This document shows positions 42,301-56,327 of a stretch of DNA of 64,000 bases, in pieces (within the stretch, counting starts at the first letter, position 1; the number at the start of each line of letters is the position of its first letter). This stretch comes from the human T2T-CHM13v2.0 reference genome, Homo sapiens, in NCBI RefSeq assembly GCF_009914755.1, contig NC_060925.1. One strand, given 5' to 3'. The notes under the pieces were generated by a model. That model did not search any database. It saw only the letters and a list, made by a program, of their open reading frames with translations, and had not been told where the DNA came from. A program made the position numbers and the translations under genes.

Positions 42301-43643
42301 TTTCCATGTTTGGAAAAAATCCTTTTTTCCTTCCTTCTTCATTTGGTCTTTCTAAAAAAGCAGTTAGGGTTTCCCTAGTGATCATTATTTCCTTCACTGG
42401 GGAAAAGCCTGGTGCTTCTCCTAGGCTGCAGAGTGGAGGCGGTGGCCAACTTTGTTCATTGTATTCCCCCTGGCAGGGCCCAGCTGGGTTGGCGGCAGCT
42501 GGGTACAAGCCCAGGCAGGTAGGGGCCCCTGGCTCAATAGCTCCCTCCTGTAGCCCTGGTTAGAAACCTGGCTGGGGCCAAAAGCGAAACCTGCCCCTGC
42601 CAAAAAGGAGCTGGGAGGGAAGGAGGGGAAGGGCTTTCAAAACCAAGACACCAAGGATCGGAAAAATTAAGCCCAAGGACTTGGCAGGACAGGTAGCTCC
42701 AGCTAAAAATAAAAGTCTGGATGTAAGACTAACTGCCTTTCCCCCTTTAACAAACAAGAAAATCCCCCTAAATGCCAAATGCAAAAGCACTTTCAGAAAA
42801 GACCCGAGTAAGGCTTTATTTCATCCCCCGTCTCCACCCGCCGTGTGATGTTCCCGCAGGCTGGATGGCACCGAACATCCTCCACAGCGCTGCTCACCAG
42901 GCACGAGGTTCTTCTCCCCCGCCCTTTATGGAACCCATGAGCGTAGGGTAGGGATTACTGAGCGCTGTCGGGTTGGTGAAGTCCCTCCTTCAGAAGCAAC
43001 TGCTGGGCCTGGGGCAGGAGAACGAGGATGATGGGTCCTTACCAGCCCCTGCAGACCGGGACCCCCTGCAGGGGCTACACGAACCAGCTCAGTGAACTAG
43101 CTAGCTAAACTAGCTCCAGGTGAGCGCTCTGTCCCCTCCACACCCAATCAGGCTGCGAGGGCTGCCGGGTCCCTGGTTTGCAGTGCGTAGACCTGGTCGG
43201 GCTGAAGGCTGGAGCTCCCAACCTGGCTGACTCTTTTTGAGGGACGCCACCATGGTCAATCGACCCCTAGCAGCACATTCTGGCCAAAACCAGGAAAACC
43301 CTGAGTGACTGCCCAGCTGTCTCCTGATTAGCTGCCTTCTTCCTGTTGCAACTAGAGGCCTAGTTTCTAGGCCAAGGGCAGCACCCAGACTGGCACCCAG
43401 GGGCCCTCCATCATGGCCACTCTTCCTCTTCCACCATAAGCCCTAAACCCTGCCAAAGGAGGTTGCCCAAGGCCCAGACGGCAAGGACAGGGCTCCAGGA
43501 GCAGCCCAGGGCCTCACCAAGGCTCCCTGACCACCCATAAGAGGGAGCAGGGTCCCTCCGGGATACAGAGCCACCCCCAGATACGGCCCCACACTCACTC
43601 TCTGGCGTGCCCACTCCAATCCGTCAGGGCAAGCCATCCCATA

Positions 43644-43922
43644 CCTGCCCCACCTCCAGGTCTGCTGTGCAGGTGCTCTGCCCAGAAAGCTCTCCCTCCT
43701 CCCTTCTGTGTATCCACATCCTACCTCTCCTTCCAGCAGATCCCCTGGAATCTGCAAGCTGGCCCTACCTTGTCCCTGAAGTCTCTCAGGCCACTCTAGC
43801 CCCACGCCACTCCTGGAATCCTCCCTGAAGCTGGAGGGAGATGCAGGATGTGGATACGCAGAAGGGAGGAGGGAGAGCTTCCCAGCAGGGCACCTGCACA
43901 GCAGACCTGCAGGTGGGGCAGG
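43644..43922. repeat. Long inverted repeat: arms 43644-43737 and 43830-43922, 92-bp spacer
   Basis: Manual alignment of the left arm with the reverse complement of the right arm gives ~84/94 identical positions. Confidence 0.95.
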
Positions 43923-44818
43923 GAAGGGAAAGGAAGCTGGGGTGCTTCGTGATTCTTGTGTGCCATACCATGTCTCCCAGTGGCAGGAAGGCTCCTGGGG
44001 AACTGGGGATCTGTCCTAACCTTCTCTATGTCCCCCAGGCTGCACAGCCGGCAGGAATCCAATACTCCCGGCATCTGGCTGATAAGAGGACCCTGCGGAC
44101 CCAGCACATGCTAAGGGCCCAGGCCTGGAAGATAAAGCACACCTACACCAAGGCTCACACTGCTTTATGTTCACCTGCTCACACCTGGATTTTTCTAGAG
44201 ACTTCTCCAAGTAACAAGAGGGGGCATATTTGTGGGAATTTCCTGTTTGGTCTGCTTGGGTTTCTCTCCAGGACCCCACGGCTGGCAGCCTGGCTGGCCC
44301 CAGGCCCCAGGGGTCTTTTTCACTCAAGGGTTTGGAGGGCAACCTTTCACTCAGGTTAGTCACTGTTTGCTCACTCTCCCATCCCTCAATCTGTGATGCC
44401 CTTGCTGGCAGGCAGGGGACATCTCTTCGTGGGCATCCCCAGTATCCTGCAGGAGCCAGGGACACTGGAGACACCAGCAAAGAATGCTCTTCCTTAGCGA
44501 CTCTTTCAGGTCTGCACTCCTTCCCTCATCCACACTCTATAGGAGCTGGCATCAAAGGGGCCTGCAATCTTGCTAAACCAGAGTCTTTTTTTGGTTACTC
44601 AAGAATCGAGGTGTCCTTCACCCAAAATGGAAATGTTCCTAACCCTCCCTATTGGGCAGGGCCCAGCAAATGCTCCATCTCTGGTGAGAAGGTCATTAAC
44701 TTGGCTCTTCCCTCCTCCTCTCTCCTGGATTCCATCCTCTTAAGAACTAAAAATAATGAAGGGCTAGAGGAGAGAGGCGAGAGAGGAAGAAGGCACAGGA
44801 AATGCTGTGCTGAACAGA

Positions 44819-44870
44819 GGCCTCGCAGAGCTCACACCAGGGGCCTCGCAGAGCTCACACCAGGGGCCTC
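44819..44870. repeat. Perfect 23-bp tandem duplication, 2.3 copies (GGCCTCGCAGAGCTCACACCAGG)
   Basis: Units 44819-44841 and 44842-44864 are identical, followed by GGCCTC. Confidence 0.95.
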
Positions 44871-45454
44871 TCCAGGCCTCAAAGGCTGCTGGGCCCGGAG
44901 GCTAGGAGGGGACCAACAATAGGAGGAAACAGGGAGTGGCCAAAGGGGCTGGGGAAGAGCACGAGGCGGATGGGCAGCCTTTCGAGGCTGACTTCCTAAT
45001 GGATAAAGCCCAGAGGACAGAAGGGCTCAGCCTTTCCTCTGGGAAAGGGCGCCTGGGCTCTGCCCAGCTGGTTAAGGGCCACCCCTGCAACACGCAGCAG
45101 ATCCTCTCCCGCCCTGCGCTCATCCACTCCTCCCCAGAGATTTTATTTTTACTTTGGTAAATGCAAAACAACAAGGCCAAGTTACAGAGGGTGGAAATTT
45201 ACCAAAGGCCTTCACTGATCGGCAGACAATTGGCACTGAAGTTCTGGAACCTCCGAGCACCCGCAGAGTCCATCTTGGGCCGCTCTCTCAGAGGCGCCAG
45301 CCAGGGGACTCAGCCCCATCTCCACCCCCAACACACCTTCTTGGGAACAGCTTCCTGGTCTGGGGAGCTAGAGTTGCTTAATCCTTCCTTTATAGCCCAC
45401 AGAGAGGTAAGGCAGGGCAGGAGCGCAGCCCATAGCATGCGAGCTGTTCTAGTG

Positions 45455-45910
45455 CCAGTTCAAGAAATAGCTCGTGTGCTTACCAGAGCCAGACACAGGG
45501 CTGAGTATTTGCTATGTGTGTGTGATAAGAGTCTCTCAACCCATCACAGAGGTGCTGTCACTGTCCCACTTCACAGATGGGAACACTGAGGCACAGAGTC
45601 ATGAGACAACTTGCCCAAGGTTCTGTACATGTGTAGTCAGGCAGGCTGGCTGCGGATCCAAGCTCTTCATCACTCTGCTGGGCTGCCTCATTTCCTGTCA
45701 TGTGGAACAGGTAACATTATAGCCAGATAAACTGAGATTTAGATCCTGCCACTCCTGGCTGGTGGCACTAGGCAAGTTACCAAACCTCTCTGAGCTTCAG
45801 TTTCCTCATCTATAAAATGGAAATACCATGTATCCTAAAGTATTGTTTTCAGGGTTAAATTAAATTCTCTGTGTGCAGTGCCTGGTACATACACAAGAGC
45901 ACTCAACAGA
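45455..45910. mobile_element. Two oppositely oriented MIRs (~45455-45650 on -, ~45720-45910 on +)
   Basis: CACAGATGGGAACACTGAGGCACAGAG versus CTCTGAGCTTCAGTTTCCTCATCTATAAAATGG. Confidence 0.75.
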
Positions 45911-47681
45911 GGCAGATACATTTTGCATACCTCTCACGTATACTGTCTGGTCTGACCCCCTCAAGGTCAAGAGCCTATGGATCGGATGAACTGTATGGGA
46001 GACAGCTCTGTATGAGCCCAGCAGATGTTAGCAGTAGGGTCTGACCACCTCCTCTTCTATCCCTAATCCCAGCCTTGAATCCCACCTTTCCACAAGGAAA
46101 GGGCAGAAGGTGTAGGCCACAGCCAGGAGGAAGTGGATCCCCAATGAAAAGTCCTATTCCTTGACAGAAACAGAGTCTTTCTGGAACTCCAAAATGCCCA
46201 GGAGCTACTTTCTAGTCGGGTGTGAGAGGGAGTGCACGGACAATGAGGCAGCCTGGCAGGAGAGCCACTAGAGGCTCTCGTGTTTCCTGAAAATCCCCCC
46301 ACCCAAACCTCCCCCAGGGACCTGGGATCTGAAATAAGTAACTCTGCCTGTTCCCCGGGAGACTGAGCTGAGCAACAGGGACACAGGCAGCTCTGCCAGG
46401 TGGCCACAAGTGGAAACAGACTTCTTCATCCCATGCTGGAGGATGACATTTACAAAGCCAGGAATCTAAAAGGAAGTTTTCTGCAGAAAGTTCAAGAATC
46501 TAAAATGCCATCTTCTCTCCCCAAAGCTCTCCCAGGCACAGCCCTGCTAAAGGAAACACACTTACTTCTGTGTGAACAGCTCTTTAGTAACCCCTGGTTC
46601 TTTTTCAGAGATTCCTGAGATTGAAAAAACTTCAGGTTATACATTTTAAAACCTTAGGATACTACTGGATATAGTAGAAGGGACAAGATTTCCTCAACCT
46701 CCAATTGCTAAAAGTTTACCTCTCTAGGCCAAGAACATTAATGGACAAAACACTGCCTTTTAATTAGTTTCTGGGAATGCAAAAAAGACCTTGTAAGAGA
46801 TTTGGTTAAGGGGGTCATCCTGGTCTAAATCCAAAGCCAGAGTTTTGGGAACTCCCACTTAAGGAATTTCCAACAAGGAAACTTTTGAGGGAGGACTTGA
46901 ATACCACATGACGGCTTATAAGCAGTTATCAAGCTACACTGGTGCAATTCATATTTCTGACAGATTATGCTGATGTGCCTGTGGCTAAATGGCACTCAGC
47001 AAGTGAGAATGCAGACTCGCAGAGAGAACCAGAAACCCCAAGCTGCTTTCCAAAGAAGCATCTGCAGCCCTGCCCCAGCAGTGGCCAATGCGCAGCTCTG
47101 AATTCTGCTATGAGTCACCCAGCTTCCCTCTCCTGACCAGAGCTGTTCAGGGTAGAGACCCTGTGTCTCGGTTCAGCAGTCATGCATCTGTTCACGTGCA
47201 GACCTCTGGAAGCACAGGAAACGGGTTGCCAAAAAGGGACACCAGAGAACCCCCAAGTATGAGCAAGACTCATCAGCTCTCAGGGCTCAGCTGTCCCCCG
47301 GGTCATCTTGACGGTATGTGTGACGATATGTGTGATTTTCATAAACAGATTGACTCATCGCCCTTCCCCGTGCATCTCTGTCAACCAGGCCCTGCTAGTG
47401 GCAGTGGGTGCTTACTTAGCACTTTCCCCACGTGACAGGAGCCTCCCAGGGCCCCAGAAAGGCAGGCACCAGTCTCGCCTCCTATTACCAGAGCAGCAAA
47501 CAGAGGCAAAGGTGCGCTCCTAGGTTTGTGTCCCAATCGGGGCAGACCTTGGGGTCTTGCCCAAACTCCTACCCTGGAAGCCTGCACGCCCTACTGCAGC
47601 CAGGTTCTCCCGCCCACCGGGAGCAGGGACACCCTGAAACTGTTTCCTTCACTTCTTGCTTTAGGCTACAATGATTCAACA

Positions 47682-48016
47682 TTTCTTTCTTTTCTTTTTT
47701 TTTTATGAGACAGGGTCTTGTTCTGTCACCCAGGCTGGAGTGGAGTCAGTGGCGCAATCACGGCTCACCTACAGCCTTAACTTTCTGGGCTCAAGCAACC
47801 CAGCAATCCTCCTGCCTCAGCCTCCCTAGTAGCTGGGACTATATGCATATACCACCATGCCTGAATAATTTTTGTATTTTTTGGTAGAGATGGGGTTTTG
47901 CCGTGTTGCCCAGGCTGGTCTTGAAGTCCTGGACTTCAGGTGACCAAAGAAGTGATCCACCCCCCACGGCCTCTCAAAGTGCTGGGATTACAGGCGTGAG
48001 CCACCACGTCCAGGTT
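47682..48016 (-). mobile_element. AluJ-type Alu
   Basis: Antisense dimeric Alu with small internal duplications. Confidence 0.88.
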
Positions 48017-50849
48017 AACATGTCTTTTATATTGAGGTATTTTGCAGCAGCTTTTGGGATCATTACAGACAGCATGGGTTTTCACAAAGTGAGGTGAGGA
48101 TCTCCTATGAGACAGGCAAAGAAGGGCTGCACCCCAGGTCCTTCCTGTCTTCTCCCTCAGATTTACAGAGAAGCAAAACCAAGAAACAGAGCATCGACAT
48201 CCGTAGAGGCTGGTCCAGTTTTCTATCTAAGAGATCTTAAAGCTTGGCCCCCACAAAAGTCACTCTCTTGCCTGCACAGCTTACAGAAGGCTCCTGGTTC
48301 TCTTAGACTTGTTTCATCTCCTTCCTACTGAGTTAGAGGAAATGAAACATTATTGAGGGAATGCAAGCAGGTTATCTGAAAAATGTATTCTGGAATGATA
48401 GAGGCTGAAGAACGGGCTTAAATGACTTCTGGGAGTCCTTCCAGTCAGTGAGCCTGAACACAGGCATGAGAGAGGCACTTGGAGGAATGGTCTGCTTTGT
48501 GCAGTCAGGATTTAGGTCTCACTAAGCTTGGGGCCTCTAGGCTCAGGAGGCAGGAGCTGAACGAGAGCCCCTGACCATCTCCAAAGAGAGCAAACCTCCT
48601 TTGCAATGTCCATCTGCTGTGTGCCGGGCAGTACACGTATCGTGGTGGGACGAGGGGAGAGCCTTGGGGACTCTGTCCCAGGGAGAAGGACTCCAGACTC
48701 TCACAATGACCACGGCCTCTTGCAGGCTCAGCCCCTCCAAGGTCTCTGGGGAGAGCTCACATTTAGGAACTGTTAACATCATTTCTAGGGAACAGAACCA
48801 GCTGGCTGACTTATTCCCCTTAACTTTCAATGCTATTATTAGGGCACATCTGTCTCGGAGTGAAGTCACCAAGGAAAAACCCAGCTGAAGAAAATATTTT
48901 CAGGCAGTCGTCATTTGAATCTTCGGAAAAGGAAGCGAGCCGATAAACTGCCAAAGAGCCCCGGGATTCAAGGTGGCCAAAGAGGCGCATGGAAAGTATT
49001 TGCCTTGGGAATGTGGGCAGCTGAGCTATTTACACAGTGTGTGGCCAGCACGACGCAAATGGACCAGAAGCTCCTAGAACTGTTTCCTCTTCCCTTTCCT
49101 TTCCCCCTTTCCCTTAACAGGATAGCCAGCCAGCAGAGGCTCCCTGTAAACCTGAGTCAGGAGGAAAGGCCGTGGGTGAGTGACTAGCAGCCAGGTGATA
49201 TAGGGCAGAGGCCAGCAGACTCACCTTGTTTGGCTACATTTTTTTTCTAAATTAGTTGCTAACATTTAAAAATCAGATTCCACACAAAAATCCGAATTCC
49301 CAACTTCTCTTTGAAATCCTGGGCCTGTAATCCCGGACAGCGGCCCCTGCCTGGGGCTGAGCAGCAGCCACTTAAGATGGGACCTTCTCTTCCCCTGTCA
49401 CTGGGTCCCGCTGACACAGGTCACCTGCCCGGCCCCTGGTGGCATTTGAGTTTGAGCCGCTGGATTTAGAGACAAAGGGGAAAGTGCTGAGGAAAGCCAA
49501 AGACCTCCACTGTAGTCTACTCACTGGCCATGTCAACGCGGGCAAGTCACCTACTTTGCTGAGCTGCTGTTTCTCCCTCTGCAAACAGAAATGAAAATGC
49601 ACAGCAAGGCCTCATCCCCAAAACTGTAGGGAGGACTAGGTAGGAAAACACGGGACATGCTTGAAAACCTGAACACACACCATGCAAGTAAGATGTGGCC
49701 CTTCGGGTCTGAAAGATGAAATAGAACACCAAGACAAAACGGGCCTCTCTGATGAGATGAGTAGCGGAGGAAACGACAGATCACACAAAAGCTACCTCGG
49801 TGGTCACCGGCGGGGGCTGAGATGGAAGCCAGGATTTCTAAACCACCCAGCCCCACCAACCTGGCCCTGCCTGCGGTACCACCTCCCCACCCAGAGAAGT
49901 GGAACATCACTGTGGTCGTGGCTGAGCAGTACCTGACTCTGACCAACCTCTGCCTCTAATTAGTTACAACACAATTTAGAACCCGGGATGGTTGGCGTTT
50001 GGGACTTGCAGCCACGGCCCAGCCCAGGTGAGGCGAGGAGACACTCACGGAAGCACCTGTGGTGGGGCCAGGAGGAAGCCTAGCATCCTGGCAATGAAAC
50101 TCAACACTCAAAATGCTAGGAGTAAATCACAGGGCACTGTGGCCTCTGGGGATTTCACAGTGTAGCGGCCAACTGCATTTTGAGGGGTGACCCAAAAGCT
50201 CCTGGCCATCTGCGGTCTTCCCCACCAGCCTGCCTAAAAATGAAAGAAATGACAGACATGACCGCAGAGGGCTACCAATGGGCTTCTCAGAAGATAAAGA
50301 GAGGTTTAAATGATAAAGGCATCAGTCCTATATCTGCCCCAAAGCCCTCCTTAAGGCCACATGTGGAGAGCGAGCAGCTGTGATACCAGAAGGGAGCACA
50401 TGGCACGGTGGGATCTGGTGCCTGTCGTGGCAGCAATGACTCAGGCCACCCAATCAGGGCAAGACTCAGCAAGGTCTGCCAGCTCCCATCAAGCCAGAGG
50501 CGCTCAGAGGGAGAAGCTGTAAGTGCTTGCTGCTCTCAGGAGCAAGAGGTCATCTTGCTTCTTACCAGCTCCTTACCAAGGCATCATATGTGACGGACAT
50601 GGCTCCCTGGTGTCCAGGGGCTCCAGGGGCTCTGGGAAGATAGAGCATGTGCAGCGTCATGCCCCAGCACACTGACCCCACAGATCTAATGGGACCATGC
50701 TGAACATATGAGGATCACAAATTCCATGGGAGACCCTAAGATCTACCCTCAGGGACAGCTAAGGCGATTCTGGAACAGGGCTGCCAAAACAGCCAGTCAA
50801 TCACTAAAGTTCCTAATTTACCACCCTGACAACTCTCCCTACGGCTAGC

Positions 50850-51500
50850 ACCCCTTGCTCTTCCTATCTCTCCAGGATCACAACAGCCTGTCCTGCCTTG
50901 GGTGTGCCTTCCTGCAACCCACTCTCCACTCATCAGCCTTGCAGATCTTTCTAAAACATCAATCTGATCATGCCAATTTCATCATGTCCCTCCCCTGCTT
51001 TAAACCTTCTGTGGCTTCCCTAAAGCCTGCAGGACAAAGACCACAGACCACACATGGACTCTCAAGGGCTCTCGCCTCTCCCCACCAATGCGTCCCTTCA
51101 CTCCCTGGGCTGTTGCAAAACTGATCTGGTTGTGTTTGCCAACACACACCACACTGCTTCATGCTCCTGAACCTTTTGTGCTGGCCCCTCTGGCTGGAAG
51201 ACCCTTCCCCTAACCTACCGAGAGAACTCTTCTTCATTCTTTACCATGCGCAATTATCACCTCCTCTTTGCACTTTTTGCCCAATGCACTCAAAAAGGCT
51301 AATCGCTTCTCCCCTATACCTCACACACGCATCTGCTTCTCTGCTGAGAGGACATTCACGTGATCTGGTGATGACATGAGTGTTACCCCCACTAGAGTGA
51401 GCATTCCTTGAGGACTGGAAATGGCCAGTTCATTGCTGAACCCCTAGGCCCTACCTGGCACACTGCTTTCCCAGAGTTGGGAATCGATAAATATAGGCTA
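50850..51500 (+). mobile_element. L2 3' fragment
   Basis: GATCTTTCTAAAACATCAATCTGATCATG and CCCACTAGAGTGAGCATTCCTTGAGG...CCTGGCACA resemble the L2 3' end. Confidence 0.65.
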
Positions 51501-52008
51501 ACATAAACATGTGGGAACCCCGCCAAGACCCAAGAGTCTGGTTGAGAAAGCGGAAGAGTGCTCAGAATGCCTAGCCCTTACTGTGGGGTCTGGCTTAAGG
51601 GCGGGGTTTCTGAAGCAGAAAGGTAAGTTAAGTAAGGGTTGCCTCACACCCAGAGGCCAAGAACCAGAGGCAGCAGCATCCAGACTCAGTGAGGTCCCAC
51701 AACCAGGGCCAGCCCATCAGGGAGAGAGGCAAACAAGAGGAGCTCTGGAACCAGGACCCAGGCAGGTAACCTGGGCTGGCTCCTGGACTCCTTTGTCCAA
51801 TCAGACCACCCACATTTTCTGACATCAGTGCTGTCCCTGGATGCACTGGGCACAGCTGTGAGTGCTTTCTCCTGCAGATCTGGGATAGGGCTACAGGAAT
51901 TCAGAAGAGGAAGCTATTACTTTGGGAGAAAAAGGGAAAAAATTAAAAATTAAGGAAGCTTCATGGAAAAGGTGACATTTAAGCTAAGTCTTAAAAAGAT
52001 GAGGAAAA

Positions 52009-52044
<36 letters not shown>

Positions 52045-52050
52045 CGTGCG
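52009..52050. repeat. (TG)14(CG)5TGCG alternating purine-pyrimidine microsatellite
   Basis: Read directly. Confidence 0.95.
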
Positions 52051-52113
52051 AAGTGGAGGTTGGTATTTCAGGATTGAGAAAAGCATAAGCAAAAGCCTAG
52101 AAGCAAAAAAGCA

Positions 52114-52157
52114 CCAACAGCACAGCCAACAGCACAGCCAACAGCACAGCCAACAGC
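52114..52157. repeat. 12-bp tandem repeat CCAACAGCACAG, 3.7 copies
   Basis: Three identical units plus CCAACAGC. Confidence 0.95.
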
Positions 52158-52163
52158 TTGGCT

Positions 52164-53737
<1,574 letters not shown>

Positions 53738-53769
53738 CTACTGTCTCTAGGTAAATAACAGAGAAAATT

Positions 53770-54356
53770 ACCAAGAACTATGACTATCCAAAACGTGAAA
53801 ACTCAAAGTATCAAAAGCAAAGACACCTGCAAACCAAAGCAGAAGTCAAATAAACTGCAGAAAATATTTTACAAAATAAAGTATGCTTGAAGGGTTAAGT
53901 TTTATATACAAAGAACTCAAACAAATGGGTAAAAACAATCTCAGGTGCCAGTAGATAACCTGGCAACATACATATAATTCAACATACATATAATGAAATA
54001 ATAATATATGTTTGCCTATTAGCAACAAAAAAAATGTTTTTTTGGTTTGTTTTTTTTTTTGTTTTTGTTTTTCTGAGATGTTGTCTCGAACTGTCGCCCA
54101 GGCTGGAGTGCAGCTGCACAATCCCAGCTCACTGCAACCTCCGCCTCCAGGGGTCAAGCAATTCTCCTGCCTCAACCTCCTGAGTAGCCTGGACTAGAAG
54201 ATGCACGCCACCATGCCTGGCTAATTTTTGTATTTTTAGTAGAGATGGGGTTTCACTACTTGCCTCAGCTGGTCTCGAACCCCTGACCTCAAGTGATCCG
54301 CCTGCCTCGCCCTCCCAAAATGCTGGGATTACAGGCGTGAGCCACCAAGCTCCGCC

Positions 54357-54393
<37 letters not shown>

Positions 54394-55140
54394 ATAGTGA
54401 ATCCTAGTGTTGGTGAGGAGGAGAGTAAGGTGTGATACATGCCAACCCACTGCTGGGAGGCATCCCCAAGACACATGACCTTTTGGGAAAGCAGCCCAGG
54501 AATATTCTGCAAGGGCCATAAAAATGTTTCAACCTTTCAGTTATTTATTTTACCTCTGGAAATCTACTTAAGGAAATACTCCAAAAAACGGAAAAAGTTA
54601 CATGCACCAAGATGTTAATTATGCCATTGTTTCTAATAACAATAGTAGTGAAAATAGCCCAACTTCCAACAACAGAGGATGATTAAACAAATTAGAGGCA
54701 CATCCTTGGGATGGATCGTTCAGTCCTTAACTATCAGGGTTAAGAAAGAAACGTGGAAAATGTTGCTATAAGATTAAGGGGCAGGGAGCAGAATTAGCTA
54801 CGGAAAATATACAGACTTAGGCTAAGAAGAAATATACCAATTTATAAGAGTAGTTGTACTAATACGCATTTCTGCACATTAACTTTATACTGGCTTTGAT
54901 CAACGATTTAACCCTTTGCTCTCATTTCTCAGTTATTATATTCTATTGCACTACATGCATATTTGTAAGTATCCACAAATCTTTTGAATAAGGTAGAATA
55001 CAAATTAACCAATTAATTAATAATGCATAGAATCAAGCTGTTTCATCATTATGATCGTAGGGTTATGATGATACCTATTCTTTTTATTTTCGAAATTTCT
55101 GTAGCCTGGTTAGTTTGCTTTTACAATGTAAAAAATATAC
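53770..55140 (+). mobile_element. Old L1 (L1ME-like) 3' fragments interrupted by an Alu
   Basis: GAAAATATTTTACAAA..., CCTAGTGTTGGTGAGGA, ACCTCTGGAAATCTACTTAAGGAAATA, CCAACAACAGAGGATGATTAAACAAATT. Confidence 0.65.
54037..54356 (-). mobile_element. AluS-type Alu, followed by A30 at 54359-54388
   Basis: Antisense dimeric Alu with a T/G-rich tail. Confidence 0.9.
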
Positions 55141-55514
55141 AGAACACCAAATAAACAAGTAACATAAAGAAACTGCTACCATATCTTACACCTTCAGTGC
55201 TCCTTCCTATATTTGATCTGAGAACACAGCACTCTCCAAAATGTCCCTTCAGCTAAGGGAGAAATAGGGCTTTCTTCCTGTAGGTTCTGTGAGCTCAGGA
55301 CTGAAAACTGTTCCCTGAATGGGTTGACTGCTCCGTGAAGACCCCAAGGATCTCTAGAAGCCCAGGAACATTAGTGGAGGACCATTCGGATGACAGACAG
55401 CAGCTAGACTCCTAGGGTGGAGGCGCCTTCCCAATATTCAAACAACATGGGTAAGAACAGGATCAGAAAAGAGACTGATGTGGGAAACCCTTCCACAAAG
55501 AACAGATCAAAGGA

Positions 55515-56300
55515 GTGAGCCCCTGAGGGCAGGGACCGTGGAATCCATCTTTGTACTCCTTGCTACAAATGTGATGCCAAGTAAAAGAACCCAATAAATG
55601 CTGTTGCTAATGGATTCACGCATGCATGCACACATGCATTCACTGTTGGACAAATATTTACAGATGTGCCACTGTTCTAGCCGCAGGTGATTTAGCAGTG
55701 AACACAACGAAGTCCCTATCCTTAAAGCAGCTTACATTCTAAGTGGGGACAGGCAGATGATAAACAAATAAAGACATATTGCATCAGGCAGCTATGAGCA
55801 TCCTGAAGATAAATAAAGCCAGGTAGGGGAAAAGGGAGAACCCCAGGGAGGCGGGGAGAGGGGTGTGCTGGCTTAGTTGGCCATGGTCTTTCTGCAGGAA
55901 GTGAGGGGCTGAGCCATACACAGGCAGAGGGTATGGCACTGCAGACAGAGGGAGCGGTCAAGTGCACAGGCTTTGAGACAGGTGTGTGGGCAGCTTCAAA
56001 GGCCAGCAGGAACAGCAAAGTGGCTGGAACAGAGTAAACAAAGAGGAGAATATATCACATATGAGGTCAGTTCTTGCAGAGTTTTTTAGGCTGTTCTTAG
56101 GACTTCGGATTTTATGTCAGTGAGATAGGAAGCTGCTGGAGGGTTTTGAGTGAGGAGTGTCATAGTCTGGCTTATGTTCTAAAAGGCTCACGCTGCTTCT
56201 GTGTGTACACCTGGGGAACAGAAAGCAGGCGAGAAAGGGTGAAAACAAGAAAGATCCATTTTGAAGCTGCTGTAATTGTCCAAGTGAGAGAGGAAGATGG
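55515..56300. mobile_element. L2 fragments (two opposed 3' ends near 55620)
   Basis: CCCTGAGGGCAGGGACCGTG...CAATAAATGCTG on +; CATTCACT..ACAAATATTTAC...GCTTACATTCTAAGTGGGG...GGGTTTTGAG on -. Confidence 0.7.
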
Positions 56301-56327
56301 ATTTTTTTAAAACTCTCCATTTTAGAC

